In this document: positions 15,994 to 29,459 of the stretch, one piece after another
How positions within the stretch are numbered: position 1 is the stretch's first letter
Layout of the letters: each line of letters opens with the position of its first letter
From: Amoeboaphelidium protococcarum X5
Taxonomy: Eukaryota; Fungi; Aphelidiomycota
Length of the DNA: 64,000 bases
Direction of reading: 5' to 3'
NCBI GenBank assembly: GCA_023515725.1
Contig: JALDTO010000213.1
Location: 124,001 to 188,000, forward strand
Made by a program: the position numbers and the translations under genes
Notes under the pieces: model-generated
Told to the model about the DNA's origin: nothing
Database searches by the model: none
The model's input: the letters and a program-made list of their open reading frames with translations, nothing else

Positions 15994-17940
15994 TCAGACA
16001 ATTTCATTAACATTCAATGTCGTATCTTCTTCCTACAGTAAAGCCCTCATCTCCTCCAAGCTGATTCTAAAATTTTGAGGTTACAAGCATCTTGAAATCA
16101 AACTCTACAAAAGATCTTTATGTGGCGCGTATTGAATTTTCCACTGGAATGTTGGAGGGAAATCAATAGCCATGGGGACATTCAAATGCCAGCTTCTAGC
16201 AGTATCACGCCAATCCACGATATTAAGCCAACTAAACGAACTTTTCTCCAGACACAGCTAGAGAATCAGCACGCCAACTGACCACAAGTCATAATTAGTC
16301 ACAACTCTGTCATCTGGACCACTGTCTTTTGCGTCCGCTGGCTTCCGAGAATGCTTATTCAGAATTTATACAAGATCGTAATCAATCAGTATGATTTCAC
16401 GCGCAGACTTCCAGCAAATGTTCTGAGGCCGAATATCGCAGTGAGCCATCTTAAATTCGTCCTTCATTCTGATGAGAAAGTTTATCACTTGTAACAGTAC
16501 ATTGATCAGCTGGGCATAATCATATGGCGGCTAGTGTAATAAATCCCCCCTCCTGTAAAAAGGCATCTGTAACAAGAAGCTATTCATCTTCCATTTGTTA
16601 ACTTGTCGGCCTTGCAATATACTATCTGGAATTCGAGGTGCACTTTAGAACAAATCAGATTGTAAAAAGAAACTAGGTGCAAGTAGATTTGACGAATTAG
16701 ACCAGAAACTCAGGAGTTTAAATACACAATCCTGGCTTTCGTCTTCCGGTAAATACACATAAAGCGGGTTGTAATAACTTGGATGGGCAACCAATCGAGT
16801 GACATCAACATGTTAGTAAACCTTCTTAATAGCTTGAGGTGGCATCCAGCAGTTTTTGTAGTCGAGACCATTAATGTCATCTTTCCTAAAGTTCAGCTGA
16901 GATATGACAGCAACCGCCCAACTTAGCCATGCGCACAATACTTTCGCCATGTCTTAATCCTGATACAAATCAGAGCACATCACTTCAAATCTACCACCGT
17001 CGGCTAACATGGTGGCATCCACGCGCAGAATACACATGCTTTTATGAGACATTAGAGGTACGTACACATACCAGTTCTAACCAAATATAGCCGTAACGAT
17101 ATTACCGGAAAGCATTGGGAAGACGCGCTGTAAGAAGGATATACCGCAATTAGCCGCTTTATAAATTATTGGGTTCTTTTACTAAGAGGAGATACTTTGA
17201 TTATAATCAGCTTTTAAAGTAGAATCTTTGCTAACCTCAATTAAAGGACCAACTAAATCCGGTTTAAGCTAATCTCCCTCGCTTCTCTTGATACTCAGCA
17301 TCAAATCAGGCTTACTCCTCGTCAACGGAGAGAATACTCTCAATGTCATAGCAGTGAGTTCAGAAACGGAATTCGCAGACATATTCCTTGAACGCAATTC
17401 AACATTTTTATACAAAGTAAGATTTACTTAATTCAAATACATTAAGTTGATACAGCTTTCAATAAGATACTTCACCAAATTTTAAGCGCCTTAAACTTCA
17501 CGCAAGTCTTCCACCTTTGCATCTTTAGTTGGATCAGAAACAATACCAAGTTAAGTGGCAATCTAAAGATCATCGAGATTCATTTCAGACAAGCGCAGAC
17601 TGCCAAATCTTTCTACATTCATCATTACTCCTTATATCTGGGCAGGTGTTATATCAAATGGCTGAGAACTATTATTGGAGGCATGCATCAATTCAGTAAC
17701 TAAATCTTGAACTCCAATCTTGTAGTCATACAAATCTATGTGCTCTTCACACAAATAATGAGACGACGCATGACTCGTAACACTACTACTCGATGCAGAA
17801 GATTGACGTGTATCTACCACATCTCTGCGATTAGGTATGGCGAACTCTCTAGGTTCGCCTCGTGTTCTTTAAATGGTTCTCTTATTGTCGCCCATAGTTT
17901 TGATATTATCTACACCGTTAATCGATGTCTGGAAGTACAT
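15994..17940 (-). CDS. Crinkler(CRN)-like protein: PD-(D/E)xK nuclease-like domain plus divergent protein kinase
   Basis: 649-codon intronless frame. KPDLMLSI...LIEVSK segment, then CVFKLL, LQMPFYRRGDL, HCDIRPQNI, IILIDYD, YDLWSVGVLI. Confidence 0.7.
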
Positions 17941-18055
17941 TTCAATGAAGACTGACGCGCCAATCGTTCAACTTCTCGCCTCATAATTTTTAGATAAAAA
18001 CTAAACATAGAAGATAGTGACAACATGTTGGAACTATTACTGCAAGCGAATGAAA

Positions 18056-20117
18056 TCATTTATTTTAAATGGACGACAACTAGACTTCATACTTTGATTC
18101 CAAATCCTGACCAGCTATGGAACGCGTTGCACCTGGACTGCTGGATGTCTGCTTTAATTCCAAGAGCGTGCCTTTACATTTAATTCCCAAATTCTCACCA
18201 GGTAGAGCTATTAATTTCTTATAAAGAGCTTGCAAAGGGGCATTCTGCTGCTTATCGCCATGGAGAATGAATCCCACAGCATCATCATCGTTAGAGGAAC
18301 TTTAACTAAAGTCAATTTGCATCATTTTAGGTAGATGCGGCAGATCGTGTACGGCTGCAGATCCATACGTAGCCATCGCATTCAGTGCACTCATTTTGCA
18401 ATGATCACTCTGAACCAAATCAACATTATCACCTACCAGTAAAACATTCTCAGGTCTAATCGCCCTCAATAAAGTGTACACTTCCTATCTTGAAGTTCCG
18501 CATTAAAATGGAATCATCGAACAAGTCACCCAGTCACTGTCAGAAGAGCTCTACATAGACGATGCTGTATCAGAAGATCCCAACAAAAGTGAGCGTTTAT
18601 TAGGCGGCACCTCACTTGCATTAGGATTCAGCTTTCTTTTTTTATCTATCGGTGCACTGACCGACTTTCCTTGGGTTGCAGAGTCATGCGATCTAGACAG
18701 AGATACAGTATCAGCGTCAAATGTGACCAATTCTGATGGGATAGCAGGTAATGACTTATCAGTCAGTATTATATGGAGCCGCCTCTTGAGACATAGGAGA
18801 GATTTCGAAAATACAAGAGTCTCGTCCACAGCAGGGGACTGGTATTCCGCAAGCTTCCGATTAAACTGATAACATACGAATACGGCGGAACTCTGATGAT
18901 TAGCACCCAATTCTTGTATCAACTGCGGATTCAGTGCCGTCTCTGCCAGTACCAAGTCTCCGTCTCTAATCCATTGCGTAAATTTATTAAGACGTTAAAT
19001 CGATTGGCTATTGATCAGCGTATTTGTATCCACTTGTATCTACTGTGCTGGTGACAGAGCACTAAGATCAGGAGTGGTTTGCGAAGCCCATTCTATACAG
19101 AACGCTTCAAATATCTTCAATAGAGAGGGAGCATAATTACAGCACAGGTACATCTTAACACCCCTTCTCGAAAGACTATCTGGGTATTTAATTCCACCAA
19201 GTGCTTTCATACCAGTAGCTGAAGTATTTCCCGATTATTGACTATGTAGAACATTAGAGCTTTTCAACCCAAAGTATAAACTGTCCATCATTTCAAATAC
19301 ATAATCAATTCCAGACAGCAAATTCAACTAAGACTTATTAGGTAATATAGGTAGAAGAACAGATCTCCGATTATCTTTAATATTCTTAACGACAGTTTAA
19401 ACTAGTGTACGATTAGAAGAGGCGCCTTCTGTTGCGGTATTATGAGTATCAATAGAGACTTTAGTACTATTCACAATAATCGCGTCAAACTTGTTTCCAC
19501 CTGGATGCAACTAATACTATAAATCCAAAGGCTAGCAAAACTTATCTCCAGTCATGGACCATGACTACATCACAGCGATAGATTGTCCGCACCTAGTTCT
19601 CACTCTCCACACACAACTACCCAAAGATTTACCACTGGGTACAGCACAGACATGCTGAATCGAGTTGCCAGCTTGAGCATCATTCCGAAATAAAATAGTT
19701 TAACCGTATTCCACCATGACCAATTTCCAAGTATCACGTTGATTAAGCAAAGGTAAGATGTTCATCATCTCGGCCATAGCGGCGATCGGCTTAGTTAAGT
19801 GCAACACCAACTGCTATCGTTCTGAGGCAAACGAGGACTAGAATGCCTTAATCATCCACAATAGCGACTATAAATCTTCAAAAAACACGTTAATTATATA
19901 GATTCTGTGACTTATTCTGTGCCATCGTTACATCGATTATGAAAGTTGACCATGATCACCACAATCATCAGATGAAGACACAAACAGGAAGGCAACTCCA
20001 TTATCTGCGTTATTCAACACGATAACACTATTAGAACTCAAACAGCTCTACAACTTATAAAAATAATTTAATTGCAAATGCTAAATAATAGAAATATGTA
20101 AGTCTTACTATAAACAT
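18056..20117 (-). CDS. INTS9: Integrator subunit 9-like inactive MBL/beta-CASP protein; intron 20048-20108
   Basis: LHLTKPIAAM, VEYGQTI, PSGKSLGSCVW, CQPLD, DAIIV, SVLLPILP, AFCIEW, IPFQCGTSRQEVYTLLRAIRPENVLL occur in the same order as IntS9 motifs (YATEP, SSGYALGSSNW, HPQPMD, NVLVPCYP, IFAEW, PIDTRL..LLKEVQP). Confidence 0.7.
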
Positions 20118-20249
20118 TGTAATATCGATTTTGTATATAGTCCAACTAAAAGTTACAGCGAATTTCAGATGAAGTGTTCCCCTTTACGACTTTGATCTAA
20201 CAAAGAAGCGCGTCGGAGTGGTCTACCACAGCAAAGTAGTAGAATAAAA

Positions 20250-22022
20250 ATGAAAATTGTGCATTTTGATAGCGAATTGACAGGTGATAAAGAGTCGCTC
20301 AAGGTTTCTGATATTGAATACTTACATCCCTGTCTTGTGAAGGCTTTGCAGTAGTTGGGCTTTGATCATCTGTTTCCCGTGCAGTTGGCTGTGCTAGAAT
20401 AGACGTGGCGGAATACCGACAATGACAATGATATCAATAGTGCTCTGACTAGCGACATACTTATATCTGCACCTACCGGATCTGGTAAATCACTCGCATA
20501 TATATTGCCAATGTTGAACTATATACTGCATGACCCCTTCACCATGAAAGTGGGTAATAATGGGCGCGACTAGTTTGGATATCATCTGCCACGCGCTTTG
20601 ATCGTTTTGCCCACAAAGGATCTGGTTGTTTAAACTGCGGCTGTGCTATAGAGTATTTTAAATCTAGTCAATTCGTACAGCAGCGATAGTACTGACGGAT
20701 TATGTTACTCCATCAAAGCTGTCTCAATGTATGGTGGGAATAACAATGGCAAGAAACGTCGAGTGCATAACCCATCTTGCGACAATCCGATCGTTGAAAT
20801 GTCTGCAAATGGCGTGGACGCTGAGCGATTGAAAATTATCGCGGATCTGAGTAAAGATCCTCTTAGCCAATAGGTTTTTAAATGCGATATTATTATATCT
20901 ACTCCGCATAGACTTATGGATCATATAATTGGAGTCAGTGAGTTGGATAATCAATTGGACCTAAGTCATTTAAAGTACTTGATTTTAGATGAGGCTGATG
21001 GTCTTTTACAGCAGTCTAATATAAGTGACGATTGGCTCTCAGTGTTATTAGATTACATTCACGGCTCTAATAGTGGAATGAGCTCGTTTCCTTGGTCATC
21101 TGAAGCTGTCAACTTTATCAATGATGATGATGGCGATAATTAGCTCTTTCATCCTTTATTAGATGCTGAAATGTTCTTACGGAGTAGTCGCAAGCTGATA
21201 TATTAAAAGATTATACTATCGGCAACTTTGTCTTAACATATTGGTGATTTATCTCAGTTACGTCTGAACAATCCGATTCTGTTAAAGTGCCAAACCTCTG
21301 TCGATACTGAAGACTAAAATGACAGCTTAGCGTCATCATTATCTTCTTAGTAATACTCGCTGCCCACCACTTTATAGTAATAGTACATTATCACTCCTGA
21401 GCCAAGTGAGTTTACGCGTCCAGCTTGTCTGACTTACCTTATGCGTCATCTGAAGGTGTCCAAAGCCCTGTGCTTCGTTAATAACGTGGATAAAGCATAG
21501 AAATTACTCAATTTGTGTACTTCTGGAGAGCTATCTGAATATTATACGGATTATCGTAATGCTTCTTAGGTGGATCTCTAGGGTGAATAGAAATTTGCTA
21601 TTGCTTATTACTCATCATAACTTCCGTAACACGCTCGTTAGTAGATTGTTAAAAAGTTTTAGCAAGGTCAGATTAACATCTTGGTATGTACTGATGCACT
21701 TGCTAGGGGTGTTGATTTCCAAGATGAATAAGGATTACTGGTGATACACTATGACGCGCCGCCTTCAGTATAATCTTACGTTCACCGTGCTGGAAGAACC
21801 GCGAGAGCTGGTAAATCAGGCAGATCTATCATGATCTTGAATAGAAAAGAGTCTCATTTCTGGCGGAAATAGTTGACAAAAATGTCTTTAGCAGAGAATA
21901 TTACAGTCATTAAACTGCCATCTGTGAATGAGTCTGATGATCAGTAGGATGAAGATGCACAACTGCTTCAATAGTGTCTTGGAGCCTGTCGGAACACTTT
22001 CGAAGCTTTGCGGCAGGATTGA
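20250..22022 (+). CDS. DBP6: DEAD-box RNA helicase Dbp6/DDX51
   Basis: LFPVQ (Q motif), APTGSGKSLAY, LPTKDL, STP, LDEAD, LSATL, TDALARGVD, YVHRAGRTARAG. Confidence 0.85.
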
Positions 22023-22122
22023 TGATGGCCATGAAATGCTTAGATAATCTGGAAATAGATTTTGTATTCTTTTAGTTGATTTTTCTTGTTATTACTTATT
22101 ATCGACAGTTAATACATTAACC

Positions 22123-23100
22123 ATGCAGTTTATTGTAAAATTCAGGAAATAGAAAATAGTTGTGGATGAGGTCTCATCTGACGCCACAGTGTTTCAGTTG
22201 AAGCAGACTTTGGAAGGGAAGACGGGAGTCGAAGTAGAGCAGCAGAAGCTCTTGGGCAAAGGATTATCACTAACTATTGATGATAGTCGACAACTCAGAG
22301 AAATATTTTCTAATTCATCTAAAGAAGCGGCAATTAACTTGACTCTTATCGGCACTGAGAGAAAGAACATTAATGACATGAATCGCATTGTGGACAGACA
22401 TGTGAAAAGATCTACGGGCCAAGCGAAAGCAACCAGAGATCAAGTATCTGTTAATTAACGCAATGCTCAAACAGCAGTGTATAAGTACTTTTAAGCTTTC
22501 AAAGTTCTGGACGACACGTAAGAGATACAAACAAAAGCTTTGTAGATGCTTCATAGACTCTCGGTGGATGCGGGCATTGTTAGTTTGATGCGAGAGTACC
22601 GGTGGATCATTGGTGAGCTGATCGAAATCTCGCCCGTTTTGCATCCGACAATCCTCGGTTATAATAGGAATGGTGGTCAGACCATTGCTTTGAGATTAAG
22701 GACTGATGATCTCTCTGGTTTCAGGCATTACAACGATGTTAGAAGTGTGTTGGTCCATGAATTGACTCATCAAGTGCATTCTGAACATAATGCAGACTTT
22801 TGGCATTTATGCCGCAAAATGGAGCGCCACGTCATGGATCAAACAACCACGATCGGCAAGCCGAAAACGCGTGAACGAGATCATGGAATTGTCACAGATT
22901 GGGATAGGATAGAGAGTGGATAAACGTTTACTACTGGCGCTTATAAATTAGGTGGCGGCGGCACTGTTAACGCGGAAGCTTCTCCCAATCGCGATGTTAT
23001 AGCTTAAGCTACTATGTTGAGGCTCACAAAGCAGGAACAGATCATTTAAGAAGGTTGTCAATCGCCTGAAGCTTCTGATAAAAGTCCGAATATTGATTGA
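22123..23100 (+). CDS. Ubiquitin-like plus WLM (Wss1-like) metalloprotease
   Basis: N-terminal UBL (TVFQLKQTLEGKTGVEVEQQKLL); WLM domain LGYNRNGGQTIALRLRTDD...LVHELTHQVHSEHNADFW. Confidence 0.9.
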
Positions 23101-23461
23101 TGATAGTATAAACTATTTGCTTTCATACACACTACTTCATTAAAGATTTTAAATAGAATTTTGTTCACTATAGAAATTTTAATGCCAACTTATGCAGCCA
23201 AGGATATTGCGGAATTTGTGATACGTGTCAACTTACCATGTTGCACGAGATTTGAAAGTCCCGGCGAATGATCACGTCGCAGATTGAAACGTTATAAGGG
23301 GTTTACAATCAATGTTCTTTATTCCGCTTACACATCCACCAAAGACGCACAATATAGATAGATATACATAGATGGATTAACAACAGTCGTAACTTTAGGG
23401 TGACGAATTTTTTACCTCCTTGATATCCCGTCTTGATGAAGTTGGCACCGAGATTGAGTAA

Positions 23462-25336
23462 ATGGTTCAAGATATACCAGCTAGATCATCCTCTTTGATT
23501 GAAAAAGATGCTCCATCTCCAACTTAATCGCCATAAGATGAACAGCAACCAGCCCCATTATCTCCTCCTCAGATTACCTACCTTAACAGTCCTGAAGATG
23601 GTGATACATCTTAAAGTGATGGCGAGCATTTGGAATTAGTTCAAGGTAACTCGGTAGCGAATTTTAGTGCTCCGGCCGAGCCATTTCTTGCACCAGTGCA
23701 GCAAGTGCTTAATATCCCAGAGTCACAACGCCCTGAGTAAGCGACTAAGCCCAACAAGCTTCTCAAAAAGCATCGCTCCTACCAGCCTCCTCTAAAGCCT
23801 AATGCTGCTGTAACGCGTCCAGCATCTGCGATGTTCATGTCTCCGCCGTAAATCTAGACTCACTGGCCAGAGCAATCGCGATTATCATTATAATAATCTG
23901 CCATCATTCGCCAAGATATTCAGGATATCAATAAATCTGATGTGGTATCTGAGAAGCCGGTAGACTTTATTGATGCTAGATTTCGCGCTTTATAAATGAT
24001 TAATGGTGTCGATGTATCATCTACGCCGAATGGTCAGACTAATCTTTTACATCCCGATTCTAAAAAGTAATCGAAAACTAATCGAAAGCATCGCAGTTAT
24101 CTAGATGGTCCTGCTTTATCAAAAGTTTAGCTGTAAAGTTTGAGATTAACTCAGCCCAAATATGTTGCACCTAGACGAGAGTCGCTACCAGTTGGTATTG
24201 ATGTTGATTTGAAGGAACTTAACACTTCAGTCAAGTCTCAACTGTCTGATGATGATAAAGAAAAGTCTCTGGAAATTGAGAAAGCTGCGTTACTAAAAGA
24301 TTCCGTATCCCAAAAGTCTTTTCGCTCTAAGTAGAAGCTTTTGATCTCTGCTCTGATCTTTGTTGCATTGCTCATCATTGCTTCATCCATCTATGTGGGC
24401 TTAAAATTCCTGAATAACAGCGGGGGCCGTCAAGGTGGGACCATTGAGACTGCTCCTGAAATTCCTGATAAGAACCCGGAGATTCCAGAATAAAAGATTA
24501 TCATTGACAAGGATATAGAGAAGGGACCATTTGGATGTTCTAATTATCCCCTGCGTGCTCCGCTTAGATCGTAAGATTACTCTGATTAGATGGAGTCGCC
24601 TGATTATCCAGAGTCAGTTGCGCCATCAAAGCTGAAATGTCCGGCTAACTCTATCAGATATACCTTAACTGAGTGTGATCTCTTGCGAATGCTTGATGGT
24701 AGTGCTAGTACACTTGATAATGTGGTTCGTAGATACTTGCCTGATCTCTTGACGGCTATGGAAATTTATGACCTTAATTGCTCTCCATAAAGGATGGCAA
24801 TGTTCTTGGGACAGGTTAGACATGAAACTCAAGGCTTTACCAAGATGATGCAAACGACTGATCAAGGCGCTGGATCTCTGCACGTTCTGCCTGTCCATTT
24901 CCCGCGTGCAATCACCCAAATACTTCCACTGCGAAAGTAATATGAGATTCAAAGGGAAGCTGGTCAAGTCGTTCCACTTACGCAATTATCCGAGATTGTC
25001 AAGGCATCTGCGTACACTGAGCAATAAAAATCTGACATTACGAAAGTGAGCGAGATTATTCAAGAACCTCAATTCACATTTCTGGTCGGTGGATGGTGGT
25101 TCGCATAAGGCGCGTAATAGTCTTTGAGCAATTTGGATTGTGTAGACTTGCGATCAACTTCAGATAGGACACGATCCACTAATGTCACTTCTACTGATTC
25201 AACATATGTTAAAGTGTCTCGCTGCATATTCGGAAGTAATGCAGATGTTGGTGGAGGCTAGAGATTGGAATTTTATTAGACCGCCTTAAAGGTTGCGAAT
25301 GAATTTTAATGTCAAGTTGAGAAGTGTTCACCTTGA
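23462..25336 (+). CDS. Type II membrane protein with C-terminal GH19 chitinase/lysozyme-like domain
   Basis: Disordered N-terminus; TM LLISALIFVALLIIASSIYVGL (~24338-24402); then YLPDLLTAMEIYDLNCSPQRMAMFLGQVRHETQGF...GAGSLHV...GGWWF...RLEFYQTALKV. Confidence 0.72.
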
Positions 25337-25478
25337 TTACGTAGTATAACGATGATGATGGAACTGCTGATGTTCGTTGATTTAAAAAAAATAGAAATAA
25401 ATATGTTTTAATCATGTTTTAATTATGCAATACTGTATTAAAATGCTATCTTGATTTTAAGTAATATCTTAGCCATCA

Positions 25479-26384
25479 TCATTAAATCGGCGTGAAGGAG
25501 TTTACATACATATAACGAGAAAAGACTATGTACAATCGCCTAAACCATACCATCTATGAACCGTGTTATAGCATACTCTAGTTGGCTAAAATGACATCTT
25601 ACAAACCGCTTGTTATAATAACGGATGTGGTTTCGTTACTATCTCGAGACTTATCGTCACGTCTCTTGTTACTCAATGCTGAAGATTTCGCCTTAGGTTC
25701 TGAGTATGACAACTACCGTAATAGGTAAGTTGTGCATACTAAAATCAGGTCCAGTGGTCCCAAGTATTTTCGGATTAGATTAACGCTTTACAATGCATAA
25801 GCTTATACGCGTCCATGGTCTGATAATTAATTTGCATTCTAACCAGTTGACGACGACTCTGCCATGTTCTGTGATTAAATCATCCGCTTCACGCCATTGT
25901 ACACAGAGATATGATTACGATGACCAGATACACCACAGTCGTCAAAGGTGAACACGCAATTCACCTTATTCTTACGTACAAAATCATTGATTACATCCGA
26001 TACAACGTGCGATTCCCAGTAAGTGTGAGGACTGTCCAACATGGACGGGTGATGGAGAGAGAATACATGATCTTCGTCCAAGCCTAATACGCTCGCCGCA
26101 TTCAAAAGTTCTTATTGTCGTTGATTACCCAAATTATCATAATTGCCAGTGGAGAGGCATAGCAGGTATACCTCGGAGAATTAGCTTGGATTCTACACCA
26201 TCAATCGTATAAGCGGAGCAAAAAACATGCACTCATCATCTGGATGGGCTGTAACAATAAGAGCAACACATTTCTATGGCAATCTCTTAGCGGCATCTTT
26301 ATTACCATTATAGTACAAAATGGTCCAACTTATAAGCACTGCAATTACTAGAGCAACTGATATCACAACTACAGTATTAGACAT
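25479..26384 (-). CDS. GPI12: GlcNAc-PI de-N-acetylase PIG-L/Gpi12
   Basis: N-terminal TM, TAHPDDECMFFAP, LCLSTGNYDNLGNQR, TFDDCGVSGHRNH, QMVWFRRLYIVFSRYMYVN. Confidence 0.95.
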
Positions 26385-26533
26385 TGCGTATTTATTTTCG
26401 CACTTAAAGCACTTGAAGAGACAAGTAAAAGTACAAAACTATTGCGAAAGAAGATCAAAAGCTAAAATTCAAGAATTATATATTTTCACTTTCACACATT
26501 CAATCAATCAATCAGCAGGTGCCAATTATATTT

Positions 26534-28126
26534 TCAAACTCTCCATGCAATGCGAGGATAGACTTGCTTAAACTTTTCATACAATTCTGGCTTGGAGCGC
26601 TGAATAGCAGCAGGATCTTCAGCCAGAATAACAAAGGTGGTCTATGTTCCACTCTCTACAACCATAGCAATGATGCCCATCATCACTATACCCATCAAGA
26701 AGACGGCCACCGTGATGAGGATGGCAAAGAAGAAGGCAGCACTATTAGGATCATTCCAGTCAGCTGTGCCTCTAATTGCAAAGTACGCAACGGCATAAGC
26801 CACAGTACCAGAGGCCATACCAACGGCAATCTTACCAAATCCAAGTACAGTTCCAACCAGACTGTCATTCACAATCGCGTCAATACCGTGACTCTTCACC
26901 AGATTCCAAGTATCCTTGGCAGCCTCACAAAATGACTTGCCATATACGGCGACATGGACGTAAGCGTAAGAGTTAAAGTACTCAATCAACCCTTACAGGC
27001 ATCCGATAATGCAATCGGCAATAGCAGCTAAAATAGAATTCTATTGAGCAGCCTGACGCAGCATAAATCGCAAAGTTTAAATCAAAGCAATGATCAGTGA
27101 GCCAAATGCAATAGGACCCAGCGAAGTGGTAAATGCACGCTTAGCAGATTACAGAGTTGGATTGCGCGGCATCATCGAGGATCCTTCCAAAAAGTACGCG
27201 GTGGCCACAGTACCACTGATGGTGACATGTAAAGTATTGATCAACACTTGAGATACCCAATAACCACTAAAGACAATGAATATAAGCAGAACAGTCTATG
27301 ATGCACCTTGACCATCAAATCTGGAAGATATTCCCACACTTGAGAATGCCCAATACACAGAGTAAGCAAACTGGACCAACAGACTCAAGAAGGCCACAGT
27401 ATAAGTAAATGGGTACCTAGAAGTTATTCCAACCACACTCTCCATGATCAATGCAGCCAACGGAATACGATGGCGGGCGAAAAAGAAGAATAGAGCAGAC
27501 AGAATTAAAAAGATCAGATTAATCACAGCCAACAGCCATGCACCTAGGTAGAAGGCAAAAGCAGTAAATGCCAAATTCAGCAGTAAAGTTACAATGATTG
27601 ACACCTTGATCAGGCCACGACCGCTGACTCTCATTAAAACAGTATACGCAGCACTCAATCCAAGAGCAACTACAGCGCCGACAACCAGCGATGCAATGAG
27701 ACCATTCTTGGCAGTCTAAGACAGAGGAGTGGATGTATTGTTGCACCTAGCTGAGCCATTTACACTGCTTGAACTATTAGTCTAGGCACTTCCCAGGCCA
27801 CCTTGAGCAATGTGAGACAGGCCAAAGTAAGACAATACGACAAATGCCAATAAGTGAACGGCAAACAATATGGTGGCCCACAGATCAGGATAGCGAGAAG
27901 TAGGCTAAAGTCTTCCAGCCGAATCACCACTAGGAGCACCGCCATTTGGACCCAGCGGATTAGTAGATCCATACTACTGCTACTTGTTGTCCCCTGACTA
28001 CGGCGGATAACCATAAGGACCAGACTATTTTTAAAACCCATCCTAAGGCGGGTACATTGGCTACTAAGGAGGCTGTGGATAATTACCGTATTGCTACTAA
28101 TACTGCGGAGGATACTACTAAGACAT
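26534..28126 (-). CDS. PNS1: Choline transporter-like protein Pns1
   Basis: Q/P/Y-rich N-terminus, RDPDLW, RHRIPLA, RAFTTSLGPIAFGSLI, YFNSYAYVHVAVYGKSFCEAAKDTW, AEDP. Confidence 0.92.
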
Positions 28127-28432
28127 TTTTTTTTGAATCTCCTATTCGTATATCAGATACACTAGTAAAGTACAGTAGTAGATTCAATAAACAAAAGGGA
28201 GAGAGAAACAAAATCGGCTGAAGGAAGAAAAGAAGGAAGAAAGCTAAATGAACTGCAAGACACGATTCGCACGATGGATGGAACAAACAGAAGCAATCGC
28301 AACAAGCCTATCTTTCCGTTGCCATGCGGGATTATTCGTGTGGTTACGTTCATTTTTCGGTGTTAAAACCGTGGTGGATCTGACGACTTTGGAAGAAAGT
28401 CTTCAGACAGTAACAAAGAGGCACAAAAGCAG

Positions 28433-28871
28433 ATGAATGTTAAGGGAATCGAGCAAATCGTTTCACATTAATACGCAAACGCGATTGTTAATGGAAAGTA
28501 GATGGATCACCAGGTGATCTACCAATTGATCAAGACTATGAATGGTGTTGAATTTCTAATCTTAGTGAGATATTTTTGCGTGCAAAACACGTTATCAATT
28601 CAGTTGAGTGCGAACATTCTAGTTGCTGACCATAGTGCCACAAGTCCAGTTCATTTCTTAGGGAGTATCTTAAATTCGTTATGCAATGGAGGAGACGAGG
28701 TATATGTTTCATTAAGGCATTGTTGTCAGTCAACAGCGCTTCAGTAGTAGTTAAGCGGGATAATTATAATAACTAGAAAGCTTTAAGGAAAGTATAGAGA
28801 ATCTTGATTTATCAAAAGCCGAATAAGCCAGAAAGAAGTTGAAACGAGCAGCTTACTATAGAGTGAATTGA
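28433..28871 (+). CDS. Possible small spliced gene (coiled-coil hypothetical protein)
   Basis: Model with introns ~28566-28622 and ~28700-28747 gives ~110 aa ending LESFKESIENLDLSKAEQARKKLKRAAYYRVN*; no family recognised. Confidence 0.3.
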
Positions 28872-29459
28872 TGAACAAAGTAGAATCTGAACACAGAACA
28901 GATATTGGAGATCAATTTAGGACGCGTTTAAGAATGTCGAGGCTCGGTGGCAAAACCATTTATACTGTGTTATTTGTTGCTTAAAAATATATCATTGTTA
29001 TACGTAAAAGTGAATTTAATTTTAGTTGTTATGAAAGTAGTCAGTTGACACCACTATTGCACGCTTTCGTTGCAATCTTTGAAATCTTAATCTTCAATCT
29101 TGAACCATCTATCTCTTAAGTCAAATACGACTCGGAAGAGACTCAATTATTAGTTTTGATAATTAAAGTGTCTTATCAGTCAAACTTCAGTCTTAATCTC
29201 GGTATAAAAGAGATTCCGATATTGTTATACTGTATAACAGCCATTTAGACGCCTTATTGCAGGCTAGAACTCAATAGTAAATTCATTTAAAAGTATACAC
29301 CATACAGTATACTACCTTGAAGTATACCTCATTCTATATGATAACTGGCAATTAAAATAACTTAGAATTGAAATCAGCAAAGATGTACTTGTTGTTAATG
29401 AAAAGGCTATAAATATACGTATGGACTTTGTTATCTAAATACGCGATATCTATCTCGAC

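Noticed and set aside
19590-19620. Suspected frameshift in INTS9
   Set aside because: Re-reading shows a continuous frame (GSCVWRVRTRCGQ).
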